Positions 22,896 to 37,527 of a stretch of 64,000 nucleotides of DNA are shown piece by piece. A program made the position numbers and the translations under genes. Source of the stretch: Veleropilina oligotropha (lineage: Eukaryota); assembly GCA_048128005.1 (NCBI GenBank), contig JBEUKZ010000084.1, positions 186,001-250,000 of the forward strand, read 5' to 3'. Within the stretch, counting starts at the first letter, position 1, and every line of letters begins with the position of its first letter. The notes under the pieces are model-generated. The model ran no database searches, was not told the DNA's origin, and saw nothing but the letters and a program-made list of their open reading frames with translations.

Positions 22896-24586
22896 ACCAA
22901 TTGTCAGGAGATTGAGATATCAACAATGAAGTTTCATGTCATGAATTATGCGAACTTAAATCGCAATTGGTGTATGTGTATGCTTATCATAAGCTACGAC
23001 CATGACAGTAATGACTTTAACGCAACTGCAGACAAAATGTTGAGGAGGCACGAAGATCCATCCATGTTGTTTGCAGCATCCGCGTAGCAAGCACTCAGGA
23101 TAACATACGTTTACTCTATTTATTGTCACTCTTTCAAATTACCAATCATACACTATTAAACATTGTTTTTATTTTGATGTACGTCAGTAATGCATGTGTT
23201 GTGGAGCTTGCACTATTTATTTATTGACTGACCGGTCTGACGCAATGGAATTTCATCTAGCCAATGTGGGCAGCAAATTGTATCCACAAAATAAATAATC
23301 AAAACCATTTTGATATTCGTACAATTATAAAGTAACCTGTCATCTGATGCTGATGCCTGTCATCTGATGCTGATGCTGTTCTGGAAAAGTTTAATAACCA
23401 CCACCTGCTGCCTATTTTGAAAGCAACTGTTTTTAAAATAATGAGTGCACGTCACATACAGCAAAACATTAAAATAATCCATATGAATCAATAACATATG
23501 AATCTCTTTGAGTTCTAAGACTATCGCATCACTTTGCTGAAATAATGTACGTTCTTGGTTTATACTTGCGGAGGATACATGAGATATGCGAATGTTTCTC
23601 ATTCAGAACGCCATCCCGAGTTTGTAATGATCATCGTCATTGTTCTTGTATTTTATATATGCTGCCAATCATTGAGAAAAGAAAAGAGTGACAATGGCAC
23701 TGAATATTTGGGGATCTTGTATTGGCTCTCATCCAATCAACGAAGCATACATTTATTCAATCACTGCCACCCACCGGGACTCATTTTTGGTCGTATTTCT
23801 CGTAGTAACAGTACAGGAACTTATTCAAGGTCACAGGTTATTTCTCCTCTCTACATTTTGATACTTTTTGCATTGAAAAATTCCCGTTTTGTGTCACACT
23901 TTTGTGTCTTTCCACGGATACAACATTGGAGATTGAAAATAGAGCCAAAAAACGTTCAGAACGTAGCACCAAACATAAAACAAATGTGTTCCTTATTGCT
24001 AAAATGGATAGAGATATCTTTGAATATATGCGAATTTCCATAATTTCATGAAAAATCCTGGATTAATCACTCCAGCTATTCTGTATATCAATAATTAAAT
24101 GAGTTGTGTGATTGCATAAGATATCCCTGCCTTCACCGGCTCGCGTTTCACGGAACATTCCTCTGATGTCGGATAATCGCTTCACTCCTTACTTAAGGAT
24201 ACTTCATTGGCACGAATACACCATTCGTGGTATCAATTGAAACAATGAATCTTCATGAATATATGATCAGATTTGATGTTTTCGTGTTCCTTACCTTCTT
24301 CTCATTTAAATTATATCATCTTATAATTTTTCGTCAAATAAGCACAATTGATGTCAATTATATTCTCTTTCATGTTTTATGTTCATGCTTATATTTTCAT
24401 CGACCCGACTGCGATAAGACTGAAAAATTGTCAAAAGTGGTCGAAAACAAAGTTAGCAATCAACGAATTGCTTTGTTGTGCGATTATATTGACTCTGCAT
24501 CCAGTGTCCTGCGCTGGTAGCAATGCAGTGGATTTGCATTGCGGTTGGATTTCGCTTGAATGTTATATATCGATGTTAGATTTAAT

Positions 24587-27500
24587 TTAACGGTGATGTG
24601 TTTCTTCGATTTCCATTAACTTTTGAAGGAATTTTGTCACTCGCTCTGAAAAGAAAGTACGAGGACAGTAAAATTACAGGTTTAAATATCAATATACTAT
24701 GCTAGGAGTTAATCTGAATTATCATTGATGTTATTGCAATGCAAGAATAACCTTGTTGCATTTAAAAGTTTATTGTTATTGTTTTTTTATTGCAACGTTT
24801 ATCATCAATCAATGTTATGTTCATATTATAACATTAAATTGTTACAAAAGAATATTGATAATTATAATGTTTTATTTCAATATGTATGGTGTATGTACGA
24901 TATTATATAACTTTGAAACTATAGAAATTGCCGAGCTTTAATAGCGACCAGAGAACAATATAATACATCGATCATCAATTCAATGAACATGATACGAAAG
25001 CAACATAACAAGATATTGAATGTTAAATACATTTATTTGCATATCTGCAAAGAATGATCAATGATTGAAATCAATGGCGGAATTGTGAATGTGGATGTTT
25101 TAGGTACGGTACACAATGTTGACCTTTTGGAGTTTAATTGTTATATAGATTCTTCCGATAACCCCCACGGGATAACTTACTTGAAAATGGCAGGCGAAGT
25201 TTGAAATGGACTATTGGGAAGTATATGATGATACTGAAGATGATGAAGATGATGCCATAGACATAATCCATACGGGGATTTTGAATTATCGGCGTTAATA
25301 TCAAGACGAATGATGCAAGAAGAACTATTATTGGTAAGACAATGGGAACCTGTAACAAAAGCAAATAATTAGTATGAACCCCCTTGCCGATAGATTGATT
25401 GAATGTTCTTGAATGACAATATTACAGGGAGTGATGCATTGGCTCTATATCAATGCTGTTCCATAATATGTTTACTGTTAATAGAGAAAAATAAGGAATT
25501 GACCAGTGTGGTGAGAATGCCCAATTCTCCGTTCAGTGGAAAGGAATTATTCATGGAGCATGATGGATAGATGTATTGATGCTTAAAGTCCTGTATATTC
25601 AGGTTCAATGCATTACATGTCCATATTATCGCAGGAGGAAACCCACCATATCCGGCCAGTTACGGACAACTGCGATTGATAAATGAACAAAGAATGCAAA
25701 TCCCTCAGTCGAGATTCGAACCCACTCCTGTTAGTTAGCGCAATCGAGCCAGTGATTTCAGAGTCGGCGTACGACTACCAGAACGGCCATGGAGCATATG
25801 AGCCCGAAATAAGGTTCTCATTCACCAAGAAGAGATAGGTATAGTTTGAACACATTTTAACACTAGCATAGACACTAATCTTAATATAATGGAGCTATAA
25901 TTGTATGTGTGTGTGTTTGTTTCAAGTTGAACTCCTCCCAGACGCTTTGACCAAGGACCTTCAAACTTTGGGGGGTTAATCGGGGTCCCCCAAGGAAGGT
26001 TTACCACGAAAAAAATTCGGAAAATTCGGGAAAAAAAAAAATATTTAACGGAGCACTATCCAAAAAAAAAAAAAAAAAAAATTGGGGTGGGGGGACTTGC
26101 CCGGCGAAGACGGGTACCATAGCTAGTTATATCAATGCTAATATCTTGTGATTGGCCGTTCCTGTAGCTTGTAGCTTCCTGTCACTGTATACGGATACTT
26201 TCTGAACCCTGCATCCGTGAGCATACATTGTACGAGTAGGTTTGGATCGATGCATGCTTATATGTCTGTTTTTAACAACCCTCAGCTTAATATCAGGACA
26301 TATGGCCTACCCATATTATCCCGGGACAAAACTTAAATCGTGGTAGCCTGGGAAAACCAGCCCTCACCAGCCAGTAATAGTCAACTGTTACTGAATAAAG
26401 AATTATTTTTAGTCCACTCGGCTGCCGGTCCGACCATTGTACGAAATGTATAATTTATATAAAATGTACCATATTTTCTGTTGGATCATATGGTCGCTTC
26501 GACAGTACAGTGCTATCGGCTGTGGGCTCACTGACTTGATTCCGCTGTCGCGAACAGTACTGGGTTCAAACCCCGGCTGAGGCATCACACATTTGTTCAA
26601 ATTATGAATCACAGTTGTCCGTAACTGGTCGGAGAGGGCGGATTTACCCGGGCGACCGGGCTTTCCTCCTGCGATAATACTGTCCTGCTTTGAACCAAAT
26701 GATGGTTGGAAATAAACAGGAATTAAGCATCGATCCTTTCCTTTCCTGTTGGATCATATAGCAGATATAATACAGTATACGATCTGGTACCTATCTTTAT
26801 AAATATTGAATGTTCTACTACAATTGCAATTTAATCCTATACTTTTTCAGTAGCAGTTGCTGTTACATATTATTTTAAAACAACTAAGAATGAGGATACC
26901 CGATATGGTCTGGATATTTACCTGTATGAAAAGTGCAACTTCAGATGACGCTTCACCGTTGTTACGTTGCATTATTTTGATTTGGTAGCTTTTGCTGTGA
27001 GTTAACATTTGCGACGTGAAGTGCATAGTTTGGATGTGTATGAATCCAATTTTAACCCCTTCGAAATCGATCATGTCATACCCATAGTATCCATAGTACA
27101 CGCGACTGCTAATCAAGTAAACAGTAGACCATTCAAACTCACTCCTATTAATCAAAACAGTCAAGGGGGTGAATTGGGGAACACGCTCTTAGCCACACAC
27201 CATCAGGTTGTTACCCAATTTATACATTGCCTGGATTTCACCGGCGGCGTCAGTTGCGTGGATCCTTACCATCCTAATATTGTATAGTCTGGATAGATTC
27301 TGATGCAACCTTACCTTATACGGCCTTGGCAATTCCGGTTGTGTATATCTCATAATGAGCAGTGACGTCATCGTCATTCCATAAACGATCCATATCGTGA
27401 AACCATAAAGCGCAATCATGTCGTCGAGATCGCCAGCAACCACGGCGCAATCATGTCGTCGAGATCGCCAGCAACCACGAACAGAATGCTTATGACGGAC

Positions 27501-30500
27501 TGAAAAGGGGAGGACACAACCATCTACATCCACATGAATAAGGGTGTGTTGAACTCCGTAAAGGAACACGTTACTATATTCCTTGCGGGAAAAGACGTAT
27601 TAATATAGACTGAATCCAATGTAAATATTGATATATGCAGGATGAAGGATGAATGCAGCTTTTTAATAAAGAATGTATAACCTACCGTAAACAAGATGGA
27701 CGGTAACGGAGTGAAATTCCGCTTATGAATAAAGGAAAGAACTTTGGGTAGCTGTCCGTCGCGCGCAGCGGAGTAACATAATCTGGCAGTAATAAAAGTA
27801 TGATGGCTTATTGCATGAACTCGAATACGCTGTTCATTTTTAATCATCCCTTGAATTGTTGTTTAGAAAATTTCACTGTGCAAATACTACACTATTCAAA
27901 CACTATTGAAAGGAAATGAAAGGATATTGTCCTGTATATAGGCCTATACAATCTTCAGATTCAAAGCTGGACATGTCCATATTATCGCGGAAATCCGGTC
28001 GCCCATGGAAACACACCTTCTACAACCAGTTACAAACAACTGCTATTCATAACTGAACAAAAAATGCCATATCCCAACCGAGATTCGAACCCACTACTGT
28101 ACGTGCCATTAGAATTTAGCCAATGATTTTCGGAGTCTGCAACCGAAATCATACGACTGTCGGACCGACCCCAAACAGTAATGTGAGCTTGCATCTTAAT
28201 TGTAGTGTTTATTTTACGATCACAGTAACAATTCTTCAGTCATGATGTACGTAGTGAGGATTCTGGCTAAAGTAATATATTATTAGTATTCGATTAGAAG
28301 TAATATATAACATATGCTACATTCACAGGTCACAAAAAGAGCAAATTACTGATAACATAGTGTCACTGATAATACCACCTTCAATTAACAATGATTAAAA
28401 TAAATCCTGATATGATCAGTATTTGTTGCAACCATCAATTATGGAATTGGCGGAAATCTTTAATTGTACTCTGCGTACTGGCATGTTCGCGCAACGTATA
28501 TAAAGCAACATAATATGACATTTGAAGCATTACGTATTTGACTTGTAATTGCTCATTTTGGTAAGGACATACAATAACTATTATGTACAATGTGCTCTTA
28601 AGCTGATTACATTATTGATTACATTATTCTTACAAATAAAAAAGGACATAAATAACCAGATAAAACCATCCACATTGACCATAATTAACATATAACGTGA
28701 GTATACTATTAGGGTCCAGAGTACCATCGCATCATCGCATACAATAGGTAGGCGGTGCGATGCGATATAATCGGTTCATGGCCATCGCGCAACGATGATG
28801 CGCTGGTACGATGGCACTAACAGTACACCATACTAGCAACTTCCAACCTGCCCGTCGCGAATAAGCAGCCGTTCGCGGATCCGAAGCACGACATGACGAT
28901 GAATATGGGCATCATCCACGCCATCACACCGAGCATGTACTCGGCCCAGACCTGTGGGTGCGAAATAATGGTTTACAAGTTGGACGTGACCTATAATTGT
29001 TTAAATAAAAGATGAATAGACAAAGATCGAATTGATGTAATTCACATATAATTTTTGAGATAAAAGAATGACAACAAATAATGATATTATCAAACGCATT
29101 ATTTTTAAACTTGAAAAAATGCTTTGTAAACATTCCCATTGTAATAACACAAATTAAACTGACGAAGTTGATACGCTATTGATGCTATCAATCCTGTCAT
29201 CGCGCATACATAGACATACTAGTATTCAGACCACTCCGTAACGGCCATTGTATTTGTAAGGCATTTACATGTCGAACAATTTACTATACGAGTATTGTAC
29301 TTGTTAGTTTCCTGAGCAGTTTGAACAAATTTTTTCAATTTGATCAATTTGCACGTGCGCGCGTGAGAATTTGAATGAAGAACTAATGACAACGCTTACC
29401 ACGCCAACAGCATGCGACACCAAGATCTCCTCCTTCGACATGACGCTGAAATAGCCGACGTTAGCGAGGACGTAACAAGTCAACGTCAGTGGAATCCCGA
29501 TGATGATGCAAAGGGGGAGATTTCTAGAGAAAATATGGCAATATAATTATGGTAATATAATTCTTTAAATTTTAACTCGAGCAGAGGACAGTCAAATTCA
29601 CAGGAGTTGGTTCGAATCCCCGGCTGGGCGTATTGTGGATGTACCAGGGACAGTTGCCCAGCACTAGTCGGTGCCAGCAGGCTTACAACGCAACCGTGCT
29701 TCATCCCGTGATATTTTGGACGGTCCTGGTATGACCCCGAACGTTGTTAAATGGAACATTTAGCATCCATTTAAACCAAACCATGAAACAGGACACAGAC
29801 ATCATCTGATGTCACCATGCTCATTGATTTAAAAGCCATATATATTAAGAACTATTGTGGACATAGATTTCGAATGATCGCTGCCTCCATTGCACAGAGC
29901 ACCACTTCACTTTTCATCATTCAAAAGTGGGTTGACCCGATTGATAACTGAAATACAGTTGGCGTGGACGTTAAACATCAATTCATCATCATCATTGTGG
30001 ACATAGAAATTAACCAGACAAATACGAAAGGGCACCAAGGGAATTAACGGTTGCCCGTGTACGCAACAGCTTGTTTATAACTGAAAATAATGAAATCCTG
30101 TAAATATAGAAGTAGCACGTTAAATGGTCAAACCACCGCCGTTTGCTTCCTACCTTTTAGGATTTTGTAATTCTTCGGTAACAAAGTTCAAATTGTTCCT
30201 GAAATCAGAATTCATTATTTTGCTTAGGTTTAAAGAAATATATTTTCTCACAATGAGTGATTCTTTATGCCGATAATTAAGTACTTGCATAACGTTGAAA
30301 TATATAACAATATACGTATGAATTATCGTTTCTATTTGAATGTAATATGTGTTTTTTAATGTTACATTGTGTTCACTTGCCCACATGTTCACACTCCCAT
30401 GCCGTTATTTGAAAACACTCACCATCCTTCGAAAGCCCATAGTCCGTTATAAAATGAAATCACCAGAAATGCAGGAGAGGTACCAGTGTCTTGAAATCCT

Positions 30501-33500
30501 TCGGATATGTACCTAGTATTACCTATAATGTCATAAATATACAGGCTATATCAATGATAATTCGATCCTCTTTTTTGTTTAATCGACAATGTCACATTTT
30601 GGCGGCCACTCATTTGTACGTGTACGTATAAATGTCAATAAACAAAGCTTAAGAAATGCGCCGATTGCATCCATTTTTGCATGTTCATGCAGTGTCAGTG
30701 TTAAAGGGACACTTTATACTCGGAAGCGCATCTCACGTTTTAGTAGCTCCCAAAGTTCGGTAATGATTTTACGCTTTTCTAAGTTGACCTGTCCATGTTT
30801 CTTGACATGACAATTAAGTCGCGAGTCTAACGCACGCTAGAGAAGGGGTTCTATAAATAGACACAGCCTTCTATCAATAGACATATCCTTGTTGAGAAAA
30901 TCTAACTGCAGTGTTTTCCTTGACTTGTATACAGTGCCCCTTTAAGTACCAACAAGGGCGAGTTTCAGCAGAGTCTAAAGGAATTCTCAGGTATTTCCTG
31001 AACATGTCATTCGAGAGTTATGATCCTGCTTTTTGTGCAATTTCTCTTTCTTATTGACATAATAGCAATTAATAATCTGCGAATTCATCCAGCAAATCCG
31101 TTGTTAAATTATTTTAATAACGGTGACATCGATCAATCTTATTGGGTGACGCCATACATAGTATAATATTAGAAGCCACCTGTCTCCAGCCGTCGGCGGC
31201 TTCAGTGCAATGTAAATACAGTATTTCGATTTTGCCTGCAAATGAAATGGTGGTTGTTGGATGTATCAGCTTCTAGTATAATTCGGTAAGATTAGACAAT
31301 CGGTAACAAAGGCAAGATAAAATCGCTAACAAGGAAATTCTTCGCTGTCATGGCATGTTGGATACCATATGGCCAGCGATATTATGGATATGTTCTGGTG
31401 TGACCATAAATTGTCTTAAAATGGAACACGAACGACCGATTCCAACCAAAATTCAAGCGTCTTAATCCCTTTTAGCAGCATCGATGGGTGAGTGGTTAGA
31501 GCGTCAGACTATCATCCAAGGCTATTAGTTGGTCCCGGGTTCGAGACCAGCGGCGGTTCGTTCTACGGCTTAAAATAATGGAAGGCATATTCCTAATGTA
31601 TGTCGGTCAGATCAGAGTGAGACGTTTGGTTTATTAAACCGGGTTTCCCGACTACGATACGGCTGAAAAATTGCCAAAAGTGGTCGTAAAACAATATTGC
31701 CAACCAACTATAACCCTTTTTTAAAAAGTCTCACCTTTTGCCAGCATATAAATCCCACTGACCGTAATAATTGAAATGGCCAAAAGTTTTGCGACGGTAC
31801 ACGCGATCTGGACAGCCGTTGCCAGTCTTACACTGTAACAGTTGATGATGGTTAGCAGCACTGGAAGAAAATACTGGCAAATCGCAGCGTACGACACTGG
31901 GAGGTGTGTGTTCATCAGCTACGGACCTCGTTGCACGCCCACATCAACACCATGATGTACGTTCATAACAGGAATTGTACTATTTTCCTTTTCATTAAAG
32001 CTTGAACTTGAGAAGTGTATCTTCTTTCAAATTTAGCATTTATATTATTTTGCAGAAAATAAATTTCTTTTGAATGATCTCTTGAATAAATGCATCATCT
32101 CGAAACAGTGTGAAAAACAGTACAATACGGATTTATATCAATATATATGCAATATACAACAATACAAATGATCATGTATGTTGGATATAATAAAGATGGC
32201 GCTCTATACATTCTTTAAGATTAAACGTTGTGTATGGTGTACCATTTCGATAAAGGACAAAACAATATTTGTTGATACTCCCTGTGTCATATACCCGATG
32301 AGTATATATTTAGCTTCTTAACTACCATAATTGGCATTGCTTATACCATGCCCGTGGGGCATAAACAACTTGTAAGATAATACCTTTCTAACTTACTCAT
32401 GGGGCCACTACGAGGGCCGTGTGAATTTGTTGCAGACTCCTAAAATCACTGGATTCTCGGACACGAACAGTAGTCGGTTCGAATCTCGATTGGGACATAT
32501 TATTTGTTCCGTTATGATTCAACGTTATCCGTAACTGGTCGGAGACGGTGGGTTTCCCCGGGCGACCGGGCTTTCCTCCCGCAATAATATGGACATGTCC
32601 TGCTTTGAACCTAATGGTTGGAAATATACAGGACATTAAGCATCGATCGTTTTCTTTAATTTTAACTTACTCATGCCCATGATTGTGGTAATTTTTAGCA
32701 CTTCCTCTGGGGGTTCACACCCAGCAAAGAATGGCTTCACCACGTATGCTCCGAGGGACAGCGCAATTCCCGCAAACATCACTGGTCGAATGATGAATGT
32801 TCCCACCCAGTCGTACAAAAACGCGGGAATCCGTCCAAAGACGGGGCTCATTCCGGAGAAGGCATGCATGAGGTATGCGTGCTCGCATCCGGACTTCAGG
32901 ATTGAGGTTCCCAATTCTGCGTAACATAACGCTCCTGAAAAGTTCAGTTAAAGATCGATTTACTCATTGCTAGACAAACAATTGAAATTTTAAAATATTG
33001 AACAGATGTAAAGGATCCAATGCAACATGATATATTTGGACGACCCTAGTTTATCGTATCATTATTATGCGACACTGTACAATTTTCAGAACAAAGATAA
33101 CGTAAAAAACAATGTGCGTGTGTAACTAAATATTAAAAGAACGTAGAGTCATATGTCAATACCTACCACATGTAGAGAGAAGGCCACACATTACCCAGAT
33201 GACGAAACTCATCCCTACAGAGCCAGCTCCCTCCAAAACGCCCTTAGGGGACACGAAAATTCCGGACCCTGAATAGATGAAAGATATTCGGTGTTCATAT
33301 GTGATACATCCATCGATTTAATTATAATCAAATAGAAGACCAGCATTTGTGTTACATAATTATGTTGTTTATTTTAAACATGGCGAATACCTGTAATGAA
33401 TATCACATAGTCTCCGTTCATGCCTTGCAGATAAATGCCGTAATTTCAAAACCGATAATAGGCTGCAATCAATAATGAATTCGCGTATGTTCGTACATCA

Positions 33501-33866
33501 AGAAACCTGGATTCCCAATTTGCTAAGAGTTTCAAAATATATTATTATTTAGTGTTCGAAAGTGGATAGTCAGATTGTATTCAAGACAGAATCTACGTGG
33601 ATGACTTCACCTGCAAACATAGTTGAAGTTTCCACACGATCCTATGCTGCCGCAGTTACATTTCATACAGATTTCCCTACCTATCATTGTTCCCACAATC
33701 ATTCCGATCCCGGACACCAGACCGAGGCTCTTTTTCAGCTCGACCACGTGTCCCTTTTCGGTGATGGATTCGGCTTCGCTATGTGCAGCATCGGGATCCA
33801 TATCCTTCGAGTCGGACAGGCGAATGATCTCGCCATTAAACAGGGGGTCATCCGAAGCATTCGCCT
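24587..33866 (-). CDS. SLC7A9: SLC7 family heteromeric amino-acid transporter light chain (b(0,+)AT/LAT-like), at least 12 exons; frameshifted in exon 10 as assembled
   Basis: Exons (minus strand) 33866-33681, 33268-33167, 32934-32671, 31860-31735, 30522-30423, 30198-30154, 29523-29400, 28951-28848, 27782-27686, 27499-27315, 25349-25181, 24645-24587. GT-AG introns; phases fit once a 35-bp duplication is removed. Motifs [30 protein letters not shown] (heavy-chain Cys), [27 protein letters not shown]. The exact paralog symbol is tentative. Confidence 0.85.
25575..25795 (-). mobile_element. SINE family 1, degenerate copy
   Basis: Shares GTCCTGTATAT, CATGTCCATATTATCGC, CAGTTACGGACAACTG and TTCGAACCCAC blocks with 20996-21260; boundaries approximate. 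Confidence 0.7.
25879..26126 (+). mobile_element. Non-autonomous Helitron, copy 2
   Basis: A|TC...hairpin...CTAG|T; near-identical to 12744-12990. Confidence 0.88.
26491..26745 (+). mobile_element. SINE family 1, degenerate copy
   Basis: Aligns by eye to 39477-39735 (GGGTTCAAACCCCGGCTGAGGCA, ATGAATCACAGTTGTCCG); boundaries approximate. Confidence 0.75.
27913..28170 (-). mobile_element. SINE family 1, degenerate copy
   Basis: Same conserved blocks as other copies; boundaries approximate. Confidence 0.65.
31475..31712 (+). mobile_element. tRNA-derived SINE, family 2
   Basis: A-box-like TGGGTGAGTGG and B-box GGTTCGAGACC; the 3' part CTGAAAAATTG.CAAAAGTGGTCG recurs at about 24403-24463. Confidence 0.7.
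32401..32650 (+). mobile_element. SINE family 1, degenerate copy
   Basis: GGTTCGAATC B-box, CCCGGGCGACCGGGCTTTCCTCC and ATATACAGGACATTAAGCATC blocks. Confidence 0.75.
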
Positions 33867-35190
33867 CTAAAAGGTAAATATAAACATATTATATATTTGA
33901 CTCGGTGCTTATCTCCAATTTAACACCCAATTACGCGCGTACACTGACGAATCACACATGGCAGCGAATCAGCTAAATAACAAAATCATTATAATTTTGT
34001 TAATTCGAATTCGATATTTACCTTCGTTTGTTTGCAAATTGAGAACTTGTAATTTTGCTTTCACAAAATCTCGACAAGTAGGCCTAGGTAATAATGTTGA
34101 TGACGTGTAGAGTATGTGTTCTTTACATAAGATGAGATCGTTCTTGCATATTTAGAGAAGAAGATTTGAATGTGTTCCACATTTAAACACACATGGACGC
34201 TTTGAAACCACACACTTCTGCCATTTGGCTTATTCTACCAGATCTGAAAATGTCACATCTGTATATATTGTGTTCACCTATTATATTAGTGACATTGGAG
34301 CTACTGTGGGATACTCACAACCAGATAAAAGTGGCCATTACAAATTATTCGACATTTATCGGCTCTTTATCAGGATTTTCCTTTCATGTAAACCATTCAT
34401 TCGTGTATAAAAATTATCAATTTCTCTGTTAGTTAAAACTTTAATATCGAAGGTATATCGGATTTATTTAGTGATCTTTTTAAATATATTTTCTAAAATT
34501 GGCACTTGTGGTTTTGTTCATGTTGCTGCCGTCGGTATCTGTGTCCATTATTGGTAATATCTGGCTAGATGCAACCTTCGTTGAGTTTTTAAACCGTATA
34601 AAGTCGATCTTATGTGTTAATTTTTGGCATGATGTTGCATTTCACAGCTTTGTCAATATAATTGAGATATATAGGGTTTGATTATTTCGAACATTTTGAC
34701 CTGCTACAAAGACAACGAACAATTATCTCTGTAGTACCACATATTTTGTTGACCGAAATACAGTGGACGATGTTGCTTTGTCAATAATTTGGATGAAACA
34801 TTATCTAAATTCATTAGATTATAAAGAACTGTAAGTTAACTTACTTTTCCAAACTTCTTCCGACTCGTCCATATCTCGGATTATTCACGTGCGCCGCTAT
34901 CCTTTAGTGACGTAGACATTGCACTGCAATCAGTACTGTAGGTAACATTAATACCCATATTATAGCAAAATCCATGACTCCAAAACCAAGAGTGAAATTA
35001 TAAGAAAGGCTGTTCTTGTGGACAGGCAGCATGTTTCTCAAGGCTGATAATATAATCGTGCCTGAGATAAACGCGTGAAGCTCCAATATCTAAAGTAGAC
35101 TACATAGTCTTCTGGCCGAATTTTAACATATGTAAAGTGTCTATCATTAGTATCAATGCACGAATCCTTAGATAGTCTCTCATTAAATAG

Positions 35191-35193
<3 letters not shown>

Positions 35194-35230
<37 letters not shown>
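35194..35230. repeat. (TA)n microsatellite
   Basis: Direct reading of the sequence. Confidence 0.95.
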
Positions 35231-35236
<6 letters not shown>

Positions 35237-36083
35237 TTATTCACATTTTGGTAGCGTGAGTTATAAGTCGACGACGGTTGAAGACATTACCATCAGTTTG
35301 AACCCAGGTGTCTTTGGATATTTGACTTAAGTGACACTCGGAATGAAGAAAATCCTAAATATGGTGTCATTGAATATGGAGTTTAACGTGTTCCTGCTAA
35401 TTTCACATACCCAATCTAACCTTCATGGAGTTGTCGAATGATTGCGGGAAACTTGCGAAGACATTCATGTTTTCGGAGGATTCTCCAAATCGTTGTTGGA
35501 TCAACGCACTTTCCTACAAATCCACATTCGGCTCACTATGAGTTTTTTGAATGAGTCATTTTCAAATATCACATGCTTGTCCAAGAGGACTCGATCTAGC
35601 ATTTGACCTTCGATAGTGCGCGTCTCTGCAAATCGTTGGTCCTGGAAGTAAATCACCCCGTCGATGCAAATCTGATGGGTGGTGACTAATAGTGAGGACT
35701 TGACAAGAAGGACCGTTGGCAAAGGGAACAACTTCATATCGGGCTCTGGTAGTCGCAGTGCCAGCATAATACTGCAATTTTCCAACTGTCATCTTTTATC
35801 AGCCATATATGACCGAAGATATTCTTTCGATTCTTATCGATATCAACATCATTATCATCAGCCCAAAAATTTTTGTATATTGCGACAATAACTGATGATG
35901 TTTCGTGAAGAATGGTTCTAATTTTTGCCACCCTTTTCCAGTATCAACTCTACACTCTTGTACTCCTTGAAATTCTTCAATGGGTTCTTGTTGACTGTGC
36001 AATTTACTTATGTGTTCAATCTCGTCCATCTGCAGGAACATTGCTGAAAACCTTCATATTTTATTTATGTTCATATATAGGGA

Positions 36084-36217
36084 TTGAACTGTAATTTGGT
36101 TGCGTTTCTGCTGGTATGAACGCGAGCAGCAATTGCATCTTCTATGGAACGCGTTATAGAATATGTAATTGCTGCTTGCGTTCATACCAGCATAAACTCA
36201 ACCAAACTGCAGTTCAA
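36084..36217. repeat. Long imperfect palindrome (fold-back element)
   Basis: TTGAACTGTAATTTGGTTG...CAGCAATTGCAT arm is inverted as ATGTAATTGCTG...CAACCAAACTGCAGTTCAA. Confidence 0.85.
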
Positions 36218-37527
36218 AACTTATATTTACATTAGATTTTAACCACAATCCTGTAAAAATAAACATAATATTTAGTTTGTTATGATGTAGTTATTATTGT
36301 ATATCGTCAGGTAACGTCCAATTAACGGAACCGCCTTTCCTTTGAGCCAAAAAATAGTTCATGTAAGGATTTCATTCTGTGGTAAAAATAATGAACAATA
36401 TTGTTATATTCAATTCATAAATTTATTTGATATTAAATATATAATGTAAATTTTACATTAGAGGCAAAACTTTTTATGCATAACAATTTATTATAACAAG
36501 AAACATAGTGCGATATTACTACGCCTTGCCTATTTTCTCTATTGCGTTCATAGTAGTATGAACTCAATCAAACTGTAGTGAGCTAAATAGCAGATGATGT
36601 AAATATATCCCAATGCGATTAGTATTTGGATAATGTTAATGCTCATTGAAATGTAGGTACATTTTAGCTTGGCCAACTACTTCTTCATGATGCACCAACA
36701 CCGGTCTCCTTGTAGTTCTTCTTCGTCTGTCCATGTCTGATTTTTTGGTTTGACTTGGTCGGATTGATGTTAACTTCCAGTTTTTAACAACCTTCATGTT
36801 CATTTATGCCAGAAATGTCCATATTATCACGGAGAAAATCCAGCCACCGTCACCCACCAGTTATGGATAACTGTGACTGCTAGCCTAAATAAAGAATCTC
36901 TCGCCGAAGATTCAAACCCACTCCTCCTGATTCCGATTTATTCCACCTTGACTCTCTATTACACTGTAAATAAGCTGTAATATAAAATCCATCGTTGCGA
37001 TGCCGTGTTTGTCTGTAGTTATAATTACTTTTATAAACCTGCAAGTACTTGATTAAATTGTCCTGTTGGTCGTTATCACACAAATTTCTTAGTGTGTAAG
37101 ACACTTCATATTTCCGTATGATTCTGATCATAAGTTATGGTAGATAAGGTCAGTTAGATTATTTGTGAATTTTATTTACATACCGTAAGCTTGTTCCCAA
37201 TAAGATGGAACTAAGCATAATCTTAAATAAGCATACTATTCTGTGTTTTCGTTATTTATCGGTATTAAGGATAACATATGTGCATTCGGGTGCAGATATC
37301 CTAGCCAGTTTTCAACCCTCTTTTAGAATGTACAGTGCAACCACGAGTTTCTGGTCTTCCAAATAGATACCCAGATTTTCGAACAATTCAATGGAAGAAC
37401 AAAAAAATGATAGGGTAAAATAACATAAGAGAATACATGCATATATTTAGCAACAGATGTTCATTCACCTTATTGCCAGATGTTCTGAAGACAGAGTAAC
37501 TTTCGATATATTATGGTTATCATTTGA

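Noticed and set aside
23555..24043. 162-aa ORF between the two host genes, and other short AT-rich ORFs in introns
   Set aside because: No recognisable motifs, non-ATG starts or low-complexity composition; probably chance ORFs.
31475..31560. tRNA gene (also the SINE heads at 39477 and 21260)
   Set aside because: A/B boxes are present but I could not fold a convincing cloverleaf, and they continue into repeated SINE bodies.
35480..36040. Coding-like fragments on the minus strand (ORFs 35501..35785, 35734..35931, 35799..36041)
   Set aside because: May be a decayed transposase or exon, but I cannot assign a family or a consistent frame.
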